From positions 29,326,001 to 29,390,000 of the forward strand of contig NC_043000.1 in NCBI RefSeq assembly GCF_006345805.1: DNA of 64,000 bases. The letters run 5' to 3'. The notes under the pieces are model-generated. The model worked only from the letters and a program-made list of their open reading frames with translations, had not been told where the DNA came from and ran no database searches. Shown here in pieces: positions 51,998 to 63,580 of the stretch. The stretch's first letter is position 1; each line of letters opens with the position of its first letter. The position numbers and the translations under genes are program-made. This DNA comes from Octopus sinensis. Lineage: Eukaryota.

Positions 51998-52043
51998 AAA
52001 ACTGTTACTCAGAGTTTCACGTTCCCGTTCGTCGGACAGTTTT
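51998..52043 (-). ncRNA. Type I hammerhead motif (U4C core) in a pLTR-like unit (about 51890-52081)
   Basis: Minus strand: aaaactgt-CCGACGA-acg ggaa cgt-GAAA-ctctgag-T-A-acagtttt. 8-bp stem I, GNRA-capped stem II, stem III actc-t-gagt, GUA. AATAAA lies about 30 nt downstream on the same strand. Confidence 0.75.
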
Positions 52044-52141
52044 GTTAGATTCTAACAAAACTATCCGACGAACGGGAACGTTTCGACTAGACAGTATAGT
52101 AGGGTCAGTTGGGCACTGTCTGTGAGAAAAACAGCACCATA

Positions 52142-52906
52142 ATGCAATTCACTCTACCAGAAATTTGGAAACGACATGCTGTACTGCTTGGCATTCACGC
52201 CGGAAGCTCCAATACGAACATTCCAGATTGTTTGGGTGTCAATCTGAGGGCAGTGCAGAGGATTCGGAAAGAATTGGATGAGTCTAATGGTGATTACGAA
52301 GGCACGGCTGCTCGGAAAACTCGTTCTGATCATTCTGATAAGAAAAGAACTTGTAAATTTGTTGGTGATGTCCAGGCCATGATTGGCAACGACACCCTTC
52401 AAGTCAATCAGGTCCATCGCCAGGGATATGGGAGTGTCTGAGTTTCTTATCAGGCAGGTAGTGCATGAAGACATTTGGTATTCCTCATACAAGATGAGGA
52501 AGAGCCAATTTTTATTCCAAGCCATCAAGGACAAGAGGAAAGATCGCGTTGAGAAGCTTTTGAACAAAATCAAGCATTCCCTCCAACCAAACATGCTTTG
52601 GTTTTTCTCAGACGAGAAAAATTTCTGCCAGGATCAGATGGTGAACCTGCAGGAAAGCCGTTGGCTTGCCGTATCACCAAAACATGTACCCACGGTGATA
52701 AAATCAAACATCTAGCCATCATCATGGTGTCTGGAGTGATCACTAGTGATGGCAACGTTATGCCTCTATTTATCTTCCCACACGGCTTCAGACTCAACAC
52801 GGAGGCCTACATCAAATGCTTGGAGGAGGTAGTGATGCCCTGGGTCAAGTGGGTGGCTGCTGGAAGATCCTATGCCTCGCAACAGGACTCTGCACCAGGC
52901 CACACA
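52142..52906 (+). pseudogene. Truncated maT/DD37D-like Tc1/mariner transposase
   Basis: HTH ...SIRSIARDMGVSEFLIRQVV, WFFSDEKNF (D1), IMVSGVITSDG, QQDSAPGHT (D2). Third catalytic residue and TIRs are missing, so the subfamily call is inferred from motif style. Confidence 0.88.
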
Positions 52907-53080
52907 TATCCATTGATGTGCATGGATGGTCTGGCACATGTGTTATTACATTAGTTGTGTGATGTATTTATGGGGTGTGTTAATATTTCATGATATTGCA
53001 GATGATGTTGGGGGCGTTGTCATTAATTTGTTTACAGTTAGTTGATTGGTTAGTTGGTTGGTGTATTAGTTCATTTCTGT

Positions 53081-53457
53081 TATTACTACCTTTGCCTCAG
53101 CGAAAGCGGAGGTATTGTTTTCAGTCGTGTTTGTTTGTCCGTGGACAAGATATCTCAAGAACCGCTGCATGGATTCGGATGAAACTTTCAGGGAGGTTTG
53201 GCCTCGTGACTGGCACGAACTGATTAGATTCTGGGATCGATCCGGTACCGGACAAGGGTTCTGGATTATTTTTCCTGTTTTTTTTTTTATTTACTTAACT
53301 CTTGAGAGCGGTCAGTTTCATTTTTAGTATTCTCGTTTGTGAGAACATTCGAGTTTATTTCAGATATTCTCATTTTAAAAATCCTCTCCTGTTAATTGTT
53401 GAGAGGATGTTGATGTCGCCTTGGCGGAGGTTTGCGCTCTCAGTGCCTTTGTTCAGT
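53081..53457 (+). mobile_element. DINE-1/HINE-like non-autonomous Helentron element
   Basis: 5' tacctttgc...gcggaggta stem, (GTTT/GTCC) microsatellite, ggattcggatgaaacttt block, 3' subTIR ccttggcggaggt followed by a gcgctctcagtgc stem and a T-rich end. Confidence 0.75.
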
Positions 53458-53528
53458 TTATTTTACATCTAAATGCCTATCTGTATTGTTAAGTAATATA
53501 CACATCTCAAAAACCAGGAAAAATATAT

Positions 53529-53557
53529 TACGTTGGTGCATAATTATTGCGGCTTTT
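53529..53557 (+). mobile_element. Solo mariner-type TIR
   Basis: TA-cgttggtgcataattattgcggcttttt resembles the Hsmar1/MADE1 TIR ttaggttggtgcaaaagtaattgcggtttt (from memory). Confidence 0.55.
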
Positions 53558-53607
53558 TTTCAATAAATTTTATTCAACAAAAAATTTTATCCAACAAAAA
53601 ACAGCAA

Positions 53608-53712
53608 TCGAGTTTATTTCAGATATTTTCATTTTAAAAATCGTCTCCAGCGAATGGTCGAGAGGACGTTGGAGTTGCCTTGGCGGAGGTCTGTGCTCTC
53701 TGAGTGCTCTTT
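53608..53712 (+). mobile_element. Second copy of the HINE-like 3' end
   Basis: tcgagtttatttcagatatt...ttttaaaaatc...gccttggcggaggtctgtgctctctgagtgc parallels 53349-53450. Confidence 0.8.
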
Positions 53713-53734
53713 TTTTTGTTTTTCATTTTATCGT

Positions 53735-53942
53735 TTATCTTCTACTTGTTTCACTCATTAAATCGCGGCCATGCTGGGGCACCGACTTGAAGACTTTTAG
53801 TCGAACGAATTATCCTTAGTACTTTTTCACTGAGGCTTGAACTTATTCTATCGGTCTTTTGAGTCGAACTGTTAAGTTGCGGTGCGAGGTGGGGAGAAGC
53901 TAAACGTAGACATAAAGACACACATGCATGCACGCACGCACG

Positions 53943-53974
<32 letters not shown>

Positions 53975-54167
53975 CACACGCACACACACACACACATATA
54001 TACGACAGGCTTCTTTCAGTTTCCATCTACCAAATCCACTCAGCAGCCTTTGGTCGGTCCGAGGCTATAGTAGAAGACACTTGCCCAAGGTGCCACGCAG
54101 TGGGACTGAACCCGGAACTATGTGGTTGGTAAGCAAGCTAGTTACAACGCACCCACTCCTGCGCCTA
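53735..54167 (-). mobile_element. SINE-A
   Basis: Diverged tail plus conserved head ending cactcctgcgcct. Confidence 0.85.
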
Positions 54168-54189
54168 GGTATATGACAATGAATTTGTG

Positions 54190-54860
54190 TAAAGAATTGG
54201 TGTGTTTGTGTTTTTGTAGGTTTGTGTGTGTGTGTGTTTGTATGTGTGTGTTTGTGTGTGTGTGTGTTCGTATGTTTGTGTGTGTGTGTTTGTGTGTGTG
54301 TTTGTATGTCTGTGTGTGTTTGCTTGTGGGTGTGTGAGTGTGTGTGTGAGTGTGTGTGTGCTTGTGTGTGTATGTGTGTTTGTGTGTGTGTGTTTGAGTT
54401 TGTGTCTTTGTGTGTGTATCTGTGTGTATGTATGTTTGTGTGTGTGTGTTTTTGTGAGTGTATGTGTATTTGTGTGTGTCTGAGTGTGTTTGTGTGTGTG
54501 CGCGCGTGTGTCTGTGTGTGCGTGCGCGTAAAGTTTTTCAGCTGAGTAATTTGAACGGTTTTATTTGGAAGACTAGTCGTGAATTTCTAATGAATGTTGT
54601 GTCTCCTGTTAATTTGGAGGGGTTTGTTTCCGTGAAAAACATTTTTTGTTCTAGTTGGACAGATAACTGTTCTTATTAGTGTATGTGTTTGTGTGTGTCT
54701 GTTTATGTGCATGTGTGTCTGTGTGAAATGTGTATATATATATATATATGTGCGTGTGTGTGTGTGTGTATGTGTATGTGTGTGTGTGTGAGAGTCAGTG
54801 TTTGTGTGAAATGTGTGTGTATATAGATATATGTGTGTATGTATTTGCGTGTGTGTGCTT
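54190..54860. repeat. Degenerate (GT)n microsatellite
   Basis: Read directly from sequence. Confidence 0.95.
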
Positions 54861-54940
54861 GTGAATGGATGGGTTCACGTAATCAGTTGGTGTGATAGTG
54901 TTTAGATGCGAGTAGAGGTCTGTGCTTAAAGGAAAATGTA

Positions 54941-55479
54941 CGATGTCTGATCAAAAAGCATCAGAACTGTTGCTATAGTAACGAAGTATGCAGAGTAAAG
55001 CCTCGTGGCACAGTTTGACCTTGAACTCTGTTGCTCATGCACAGTAAGTTACAACGTTGTCGCTCACTTCTGTTGCTTATAACAGTGCTTAGAAGTAGAG
55101 TGTGGTCGTCTTAAAAAAAAATGATAAGATCAGACTTCAGCTGGGCAGGATTTTCTTGATTGTGTCGAGGAAAACGGTCATAAAAGGTAATGAATCGTGG
55201 GTCTAAGGCTACGATCCCGAACACAAGGCTTTTAAAGAATCCCACTTGAAATGAAGAAAGCTTAAAGACGTCGAGGAATTACAACAAAATGCGACCAAGC
55301 AGCTGCTCACTGTCTTTAAAAATGGAGTTCCAGGGATGCCTCCATCAATAGAAACGGCGCCGTATAAAGTGTGTGGCTTTTGAAGGGGGACGGCTCCAAA
55401 CGAGATGAACTGCTGAATCGATATTTGTTGTAGATTTCTTTTTATAGCACCACTCCTGATACTCTTTGAGCAGACCACG
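54941..55479 (+). mobile_element. Old internally deleted mariner element
   Basis: Degenerate TIRs (30 of 40 matches including flanks). Interior translates VIKGNESWV*GYDPE (TGDE-type D1 motif) and DVEELQQNATKQL...EFQGCLHQ*KRR..KCVAFEGD (C-terminus). Confidence 0.8.
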
Positions 55480-56176
55480 AAAAATGGCTGGTTCGTATGC
55501 AGCCCAAGTATCACCAACGGTTCCGGCAACTTTGCAATCTTGATTGAAAGCGAACAGAAGCAGTTGCCAAAAGTGCTCATTTGTATCTTCTAATTGGCAC
55601 TCCATCATCATATGTGTGAAAAAAGGTAAAATTTATTCAAATTTCTAAAGCAATAAACGAAAGTTGTTGAAAAAGTATAGAGCATAGAGCTAAAAAAAAA
55701 AACACTAAAAAAATACGTTTTGCGTAAAATCAAATGACATTGGGAAAAAACGAACGAATTAAGGGAATACAATACAATATATATGTATGTGTTTGTGTGT
55801 GTGTGTGTGAGTGTGTATATATATATATACATGTATGTGTGCGCACGTGTATGTATATATATATATAATATATATATATATATAACTTTCCCTTATATTT
55901 TACAAGCACAATCATTGATGTATAATATCGGTAAATTTTTATATATTATTGCCTATATAACTATGATTGATGTGTAGATGTATGTATCGATACTTATCGC
56001 TCGGTAAATCAACCAATCAATCACTCTGAACGTCTCTTTATCGTTCTACGTTGTCAAGAACAGCGACAGATACGCTTCCCTTAATAGTATACAAACATGG
56101 CGTTTCTTTAATAGAGACATAAATTTAGACATCGAGCCATTAGTTGACTGAATCAACCCTATCATATTACTCATAA

Positions 56177-56271
<95 letters not shown>

Positions 56272-56320
56272 ATCTATCTATATATACATATATATCTATG
56301 TATGTATGTATGTATGTATG

Positions 56321-56413
<93 letters not shown>
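56177..56413. repeat. (TATC)n tetranucleotide array
   Basis: Read directly from sequence; similar arrays at 24220-24400 and 62619-62727. Confidence 0.95.
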
Positions 56414-56414
<1 letters not shown>

Positions 56415-56959
56415 CACACACACACACATATCATTGCCTCGATGAGCCGAATAGGCATGACACTGCGTAGCATTTAATTCTACCTCAGTTCCGTCCAGTT
56501 TTACAAACCATTCGACAGAAACATTTCATTATTTATGTCATAAGTTCAAATAATATTAACGTCTGGTAGGATCCGTAGAAATTCCTACAGAACGATAAAG
56601 ATTAACAGAAGCTATTTAAGAAAGAGAAGATGTTTTACATGTTTATCTCTATTTTGCTAAGTTATTTTCACTTCCTGACACACTAACAGATTCTATGATT
56701 TTAAAATTTCCCTCTATTAATCGCTTTATATTTCTGTTTCTCTTTACCTCTGCAACAAAATTTTTAACCGTGTAGTTCCTTTCTTCATTTCTCTCTTTCT
56801 CCTCACCTGTCGCTTCCACTAACTACGTAAGTGACAGCATGATGCATCAGCTGGTTATCTCTTCTCTCACTCGCTTTCACATTCCCTCTTTCTCTCTCTC
56901 TCTATCTCTCACAAACTAAATCCCAAAGAGTTAACGAACGGGTAGAATAATATTATAGA

Positions 56960-57317
56960 CTAGCACTATGACCCGGCAATGCCGGGTCATAGTTTTAGTG
57001 CATGCATATACAGCTGCGTGCACGCGCACATACACGCGAGTACTGTCCAAATCTCCGACCAATCACATACAGCTAGCTGGCATTCAATTGGCGTATCAAG
57101 TTTCGGGCATTTTGATTGGGTTTTGGATAGAAAATTCACAAAAAGTCACTTCGATTTTTTTAATAGCTTTGCGGTGCGACAAGGGAAATGTAAAGATGTG
57201 CACGACCACCCTTGGACGGTTTTGAATGACCATAGAAAGCGCGAGCCCTCTAACTGAAAAATTGTGGATTTGTATAAAGGACACATACACAGACATTTTG
57301 CCGTTTATATATAGAGA
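56960..57317 (-). mobile_element. Non-autonomous Helitron with intact termini (358 bp)
   Basis: A|TCTCTATATATAAA at 57317; perfect 13-bp hairpin actatgacccggc-aat-gccgggtcatagt at 56965-56993; CTAG|T at 56960. Confidence 0.88.
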
Positions 57318-57714
57318 TTTATTTTAAAAAAAAATTTTCACTATCAACACACCACCACCATCATCATCATCATCATCATCATCATTATCATCATCATCAT
57401 CATAGTTTCCAGTAACAAAACCCATTTCGTTTCATTGCCGTCGATGTATCTCTACTCTGATAATACAAGCGCTATCTTCCCCGCTCTCTCTTTCTCTTAA
57501 TGTAACTACTCCCCCTGCCGATTTCTCTCTTTATCTGCTTTTCTTTAACCTCACCACCAGAACATTACCCTCTGTTAAATATTGTATCTTAAACGTATCT
57601 CTTTGGATTTACCTTTCCCTCCCCACTCCATAGCACGCCGTTATCATTTCTCTCTCCCTCTTTTCTCTCACCACCTTCTTCTCTCGCTTTTCGCTTCTCC
57701 CTTGAACTAATCAC

Positions 57715-58180
57715 GTGACACATTATACATCTTTCTCCACTTCTTCCACACTTCCTTCTTCTCTACTCACACATCTCCACTCCCTCAATCAATCACTCCA
57801 CATCTTACTTATTCTACCTCACATTCACTCCACCTCTCACTCACTCCACCTCTCACCTGCTCCACCTCTCACTCACTCCACCTCACATTTGTTCCACCTC
57901 TCACCTATTCCACCTCTCACTCACTCCACCACTCACTCTCTCCACTTCTCACCCACTCCACCTCTCACTCAATCCACCTCACCCATTCCACCTCACATTT
58001 ATTCCACCTCTCACTCCACCTCTCACCCACCTCACCTCTCACCTATTTCACCATTCACTCACTCCCCCTCTCACCCATTCCACCTCTCACGCACTCCACC
58101 GCTCACTCACTCCACCACTCAACACTCACTCACTCCACATCTCACTCACTCCACTTCTCACTCACTCTACCTCTCTTGCT
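57715..58180. repeat. Almost G-free (CCACCTCTCACTCACT)-type minisatellite
   Basis: Read directly from sequence. Confidence 0.85.
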
Positions 58181-58525
58181 AACTACATTATAACATGCCA
58201 ACGAACAAGCAGATTATTATAAAGATGCTCAAGGCAAGCGATGTTAAGAAGAGAGAGAGAGAGAGAGAGAGAGGAGGAGGAGGCTGTAAGTCGATTACAT
58301 TGATCCTGTTACTGAACGTTTACATCTGAAAAGGACGAAAGGCAATGTTTTATCGCTGTCCTTAGCAGGGTTTGGCAATTTCTCACCAACCAATTGAAAA
58401 TTGCACGACTGGATTTTATACAACAGCAAATTTGGGGAAAACTGCGTTCTGAAAAGTATTTTCATTTTGAAAATACTCAGCGCTAGATTAACCATTAAAC
58501 AAATTGTATGTGTTCTATATTTCAG

Positions 58526-58588
58526 AGATGAGGAATTATGTACATTATTTACATTTGACGGATGTTTACAAGGAGGCATTCAGGGGAG
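58526..58588 (+). CDS. Candidate 63-nt host exon
   Basis: Acceptor gttctatatttcag| and donor |gtaaaa. Two open frames (DEELCTLFTFDGCLQGGIQG or MRNYVHYLHLTDVYKEAFRG). Confidence 0.3.
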
Positions 58589-58812
58589 GTAAAAGTGGGT
58601 AGGGAGGAAGATTAGTGCGGAGTTGAATGGGGGAATTAGTTGGTGAATCACATACTAGATTTTTGACTATGGTCAGAGTATGCCGGAAGAGGAGAGGTAA
58701 ACTTTGTGAGCTTTGCGTTACTTTTCAGACAGCAAAATCGGAAGCGACGTCGTCGACATTCTGCTTGAGGAATTAGTGATATCACAGAAGTGAGTGAAAG
58801 ACAGAGAGAGAT

Positions 58813-58851
<39 letters not shown>

Positions 58852-58892
58852 AGAGAGAGAAAGTGCGTGTGTATGTATACATAAGTATATAT

Positions 58893-58925
58893 TAAGTACT
58901 TTTCGATTCGTAAAAAATTCTTCAG
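58893..58925 (-). ncRNA. Hammerhead-like motif lacking stem I
   Basis: Minus strand: CTGAAGA-att ttttacg aat-c-GAA-aagtactt-A; stem III is a perfect 8-nt palindrome. Confidence 0.35.
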
Positions 58926-58973
58926 CGCGATGTCCCAATGCGTCTGCAATATAATGACGAACAAGTAAGACGA

Positions 58974-59024
<51 letters not shown>

Positions 59025-59700
59025 TATACACACACAAACACGTTCTTTCACACACACACATATTTATGTGGTAACCGTGGATGTTTTCTGTAGGCTAGAG
59101 AACCGTCTTTTCGTCTACATGTGACTACGTGACTATAATTCGGGAATTACTCTTTCAGCATTGTCAGCAACAATCAGTTTTTATTAATCTGTTGAAAGAA
59201 ATAAAACTCTAAGCTAGTACCACACTGAGACTGGTTTTCGCTGTGCAGTCTCATGACTACAATTAAAGAAGATAAAAAGAGAAGCGATTTATGTACCGAC
59301 AAGCTTTCATTTCTATTTAAAATTATCGATTATTCGTGTTGGGTAGATATTAAAATATAGACTCTATGAGACACTGATTTTTTGTTCGTTCTTTAGCTAA
59401 AAGTGCTTGTATCGTAGTTTTAGTTTGGGTAGTATGGGTAGTACTGTAATTTAGTAAGATCTTGCCTAGCCAAGACCGCGAGGGTATTGCGATTCTTTGA
59501 AGAGGCAAGTTCGTTTTCATTTGCTAAACCCTTGAGGAAGACACTCTACACAACGAATCCAAGTGAGATGTGGCACTTCGTCTAAAATAAGGTAACGCCA
59601 TGCAAAAGCTGCATCCTGATATCCACTGGGCTGTTGAACAACAGAGTGGGAATGGCTCGGCACAAACCAAGCACTTTATAATAATCATTATGTAGGTTGT

Positions 59701-60123
59701 AGGCGGCGAGCTGGCAGAATCTTTAGCACGCCGGGCGAAATACTTAGCGGTATTTCGTCTGCCGTTACGTTCTGAGTTCAAATTCCGCCGAAGTCGACTT
59801 TGCCTTTCATCCTTTCGGGGTCGATTAAATAAGGATCAGTTACGCACTGGGGTCGATATAATCGATTTTGTCCGTTTGTCTGTCCTTGTTTGTTCTCTCT
59901 GTGTTTAGCCCCTTGTGGGTAGTAAAGAAATAGGTTTTTCGTCTGCCGTTACGTTCTGAGTTCAAATTCCGCCGAGATCGACTTTGCCTTTCATCCTTTC
60001 GGGGTCGATAAATTAAGTACCAGTTGCGCGCTGGGGTCGATATAATCGACTTAATCCGTTTGTAGGTCCTTGTTAGTCCTCTCTGTGTTTAGCCCCATGT
60101 GGGTAGTAAAGAAATAGGTTATT
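59701..60123 (+). mobile_element. SINE-B dimer (184-bp internal unit repeated)
   Basis: ggt(a/t)tt unit starts at 59749, 59933 and 60117; second unit lacks the first ~48 nt of the head. Confidence 0.92.
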
Positions 60124-60371
60124 CAACAAACCAAGACTCCAGGACTATCACACTTTGTTCATAAATCCAATGGCAATAAGGAAAGAAGCGACGGATACAG
60201 ACAGACGATGCTACTGGGTCTTCACCTTTGACCCTGCATACAGTCGGTTAAAGGTGATGGTTGTTTTCCAATGCCTTTCACTCTGCAGCTGTGCATTGCT
60301 GAACCGTCATTCGCCGAGGCGACATGACTGGCCATCAAGCTTGAAAATTTCAACTAAATTCTAACTTCTTA

Positions 60372-60761
60372 CTAGCAGTATCGTCCGGCGTTGCTCGGGT
60401 TTGTTTCGACGCTTTAGAATTGGAATTTTTAAAAAGTAAGAATTTTGCATTATGTAGCTTGTTATTCTCTTTAAGTGAACATTCTTCTGGTTGAAATACA
60501 CCGAAAAATGGCAACACAGCAGTCAAAAAATCGTAACAAATAGGGATTTTCATAGAAAAAAAGCTCCTTTTTGATGTAAATAATTTTTTGTCTTAACATG
60601 GTCCGATTTGAATTTTTTCTTCTACGGAATGAAAAGCAAGCCTTCTTCTATCATACTCTCAATTTTGGTCAACTTGCGCCGCAGGGTCTCGGAGGAGATA
60701 GTGTTAGTTGAAGGCTACCAAACCTGCCATACACAGACAACTTCAGTTTTATATTTAGAGA
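60372..60761 (-). mobile_element. Non-autonomous Helitron (390 bp)
   Basis: A|TCTCTAAATATAAAA at 60761; ccgagc-aac-gccgg hairpin, then tactgCTAG|T at 60372. Confidence 0.82.
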
Positions 60762-61317
60762 TAAATTCCTGGTATTATGTCTCAGAAGAATGCAGTGATT
60801 ATGTATCCTTCAAATTAATATGGCTGATCGTTGATATTGCCGATAGTTGGAGTCTGGTTCGGAATGTCTCAAATGCTTAGTGGAATTGAATATCAAAGCT
60901 AATAGTAAATTTGAATTATTTAATTCTTAATTCAGTTACAACGAATGTCTTTTACCTCATGTATTTGCATATTGTTACTTTTTGCATTGCAACTTCCGGG
61001 ATTACTGTTAAAAGTTTGGCTTATAGTTTGAGGTCTGAATAACTGTGAAACATGCCTTTCGTATTTATCGAAAAGATATCGAATATAATATTTTTGCCAT
61101 TGACTAATAAGAATGAAATTGTGCTACGCAGGATTATCTATAACTAGAAATTTTCAGCAAATGTGAAGAAATGTGTTTATTTTATGCGTCTTGTTCTTAG
61201 ATTTAGAACACAAACTTCTAAGTTAGAAATGATTTATCAAGAAATTATAAATTCCCTTACACTAAACAGCCACCAGGGCACACCACGTATTCGAAATATC
61301 CTTATTTCTTACCACCT

Positions 61318-61816
61318 AAGGCGGCGAGCTGGCAGAAACGTTACCACGCCGGGCGAAATGCGTAGCGGTATTTCGTCTGTCGTTACGTTCTGAGTTCAAA
61401 TTCCGCCGAGGTCAACTTTGCCATTCATCCCTTCGGGTCGATAAATTAAGTACCAGTTACGCACTGGGGTCGAAGTAATCGACTTAATACCTATGTCTGT
61501 CCTTGTTTATCCCCTCTATGTTTAGCCCCTTGTGGGTAATAAAGAAATAGGTATTTAGTCTGCCGTTACGTTCTGAGTTGAAATTCCGCCGAGGTCGACT
61601 TTGCCTTTTATCCTTTCGGGGTCGATAAATTAAGTACCAGTTACGCACTGGGGTCGATATAATCGACTTAATCCGTTTGTAGGTCCTTGTTTGTCCTCTC
61701 TGTGTTCAGCCCTTTCGAGGGTCGATCAATTTAGTACCAGTTGAGTACTAGGGTGGATGTAATCGATGATTCCCCCCTCCCCCAGATTTCAGGCCTTTTG
61801 CGTATAGTAGAAAGGA
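61318..61816 (+). mobile_element. SINE-B chimeric trimer inside one target-site duplication
   Basis: Units start at 61367 and 61550; a third piece from about 61713 carries the alternative tail. ttatttcttacc occurs at 61302-61313 and 61817-61828. Confidence 0.85.
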
Positions 61817-62617
61817 TTATTTCTTACCGCATATTTAGTTCTGTGTATGAAATAAGTTTATCTTCATTTACAGAAGAGAAAAGACATTGTCTTATTAGCT
61901 TGACAAAGACGCCATATTTATTTATCTTCCTATGAAAGCGAAGTCTCTTTCATCTACTTTTCACAACAAACATTCGCTGAGTGTCAAGTGGCATTTTTGT
62001 AAGTAAAGAAAAAAAAAACACATTTAATTTTAAAATATCAACATGTTAAAGTATGTTCAGATAATCGATAAAAGAAAAAAAGAATATTGATTGAGAACTA
62101 ATATTTCCAACGTTAAATACCGAAAACTACTTCAGACTTCTTTCATCGTTCTTTTAAAGTTTATGTGTGAAGTCTACGTATTTATTTTTGCCGTACCTTG
62201 CCGAAGTGTTAATGGGCAAATACACTGCATCATATGTTTGTTAGCACAGACGGAGAAATAAATACCAACAAATTAATGTTGTCAGTATGTATGTCATTAT
62301 TTGGTTTAGATTTAATAATCAGTATATTGGATGATTGAACCGAACTCAAAGAAAACAAAGAAACAAATTCCAGCATTCCTACGGCACGCGCACACACACA
62401 CATCGTATCTCTCTCAGACTCTTTTCAGTAAGGTTTTCTAAAATAATCAAATACAAAACCCCGATATAAACAAAGCAAAACAAAACAAAAACAACAGAAT
62501 GACACGAATCATTTTGGCGGAAGTTTTCGTATTGACTTAAGCGCTTTCCAGGTTTGCAGCTTTTCAAGCACACGTTCTATGGTACAATACGTATAGAGGA
62601 TTACCATATATCATCCA

Positions 62618-62727
<110 letters not shown>

Positions 62728-62987
62728 CCTGTCTGTCTGTCTATCACATTGTGTGTGTACACAAATATATGTGCGACTGCTACTGTCATGTTTAGAATTC
62801 AACGTAGACTTTCATATTCCAGCCTACTACCAATGTAGTGGTTAACTAACTAACTACTTAGTAGTATTTCTAGTAATGAGATATAGCACAAATGTAGTTT
62901 TATACATATATATATTTTCAAAATGTAAACACATGTGAATCGAAGCGATTTTCTTCTTCTGTCTTCCCTACTATTCGACTTACCTTT

Positions 62988-63023
62988 GTTTCTGAAGAAG
63001 AGCATATGCTCGAAACGTTAAAC
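62988..63023 (+). ncRNA. Minimal type I hammerhead with consensus core, in a ~170-bp unit (62930-63103)
   Basis: gttt-CTGAAGA-a-gagc atat gctc-GAAA-c-gt-t-aaac; stem III is the palindrome ACGT; GUU, predicted cut after 63019. The unit shares ttccctgagcgtcc with 37897-38094 and is followed by (TA)n. Confidence 0.75.
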
Positions 63024-63100
63024 CATCTTTATTTTCTTCCCTGAGCGTCCTCACGTTGTTGTGTTTTTTGTGTTTGTTCTTTTTGGGATTTATGGATTTA

Positions 63101-63231
<131 letters not shown>

Positions 63232-63309
63232 TACTGTATATATATATGTGCATATATGTATATATGTATTATATATATATGTATATATATATATATGTAT
63301 GTATATATG

Positions 63310-63372
<63 letters not shown>

Positions 63373-63375
63373 ATG

Positions 63376-63409
<34 letters not shown>

Positions 63410-63469
63410 TGTATGTATGTATCTATCTATCTATCTATTTATCTATCTATCTATTTATCTATCTAACCT

Positions 63470-63580
63470 ACTCAACCGGGCATCGGAAATTCGCCTCGCC
63501 GGCGATCGCGCAACTTGTCGCCCGGTCGGTCCGGCATCTGTCGCTCGCTCCAGCGCCATCCATATTCGGGACAATTATCC
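63470..63580. other. Short GC- and CpG-rich island of unknown nature
   Basis: cgcctcgccggcgatcgcgcaacttgtcgcccggtcggtccggc in AT-rich surroundings; not repeated in this window. Confidence 0.5.

Noticed and set aside
59537-59591. Segment ending in a strong AAG|gtaacg donor
   Set aside because: Weak GAG acceptor and stops in two frames; shows how easily such candidates arise by chance.
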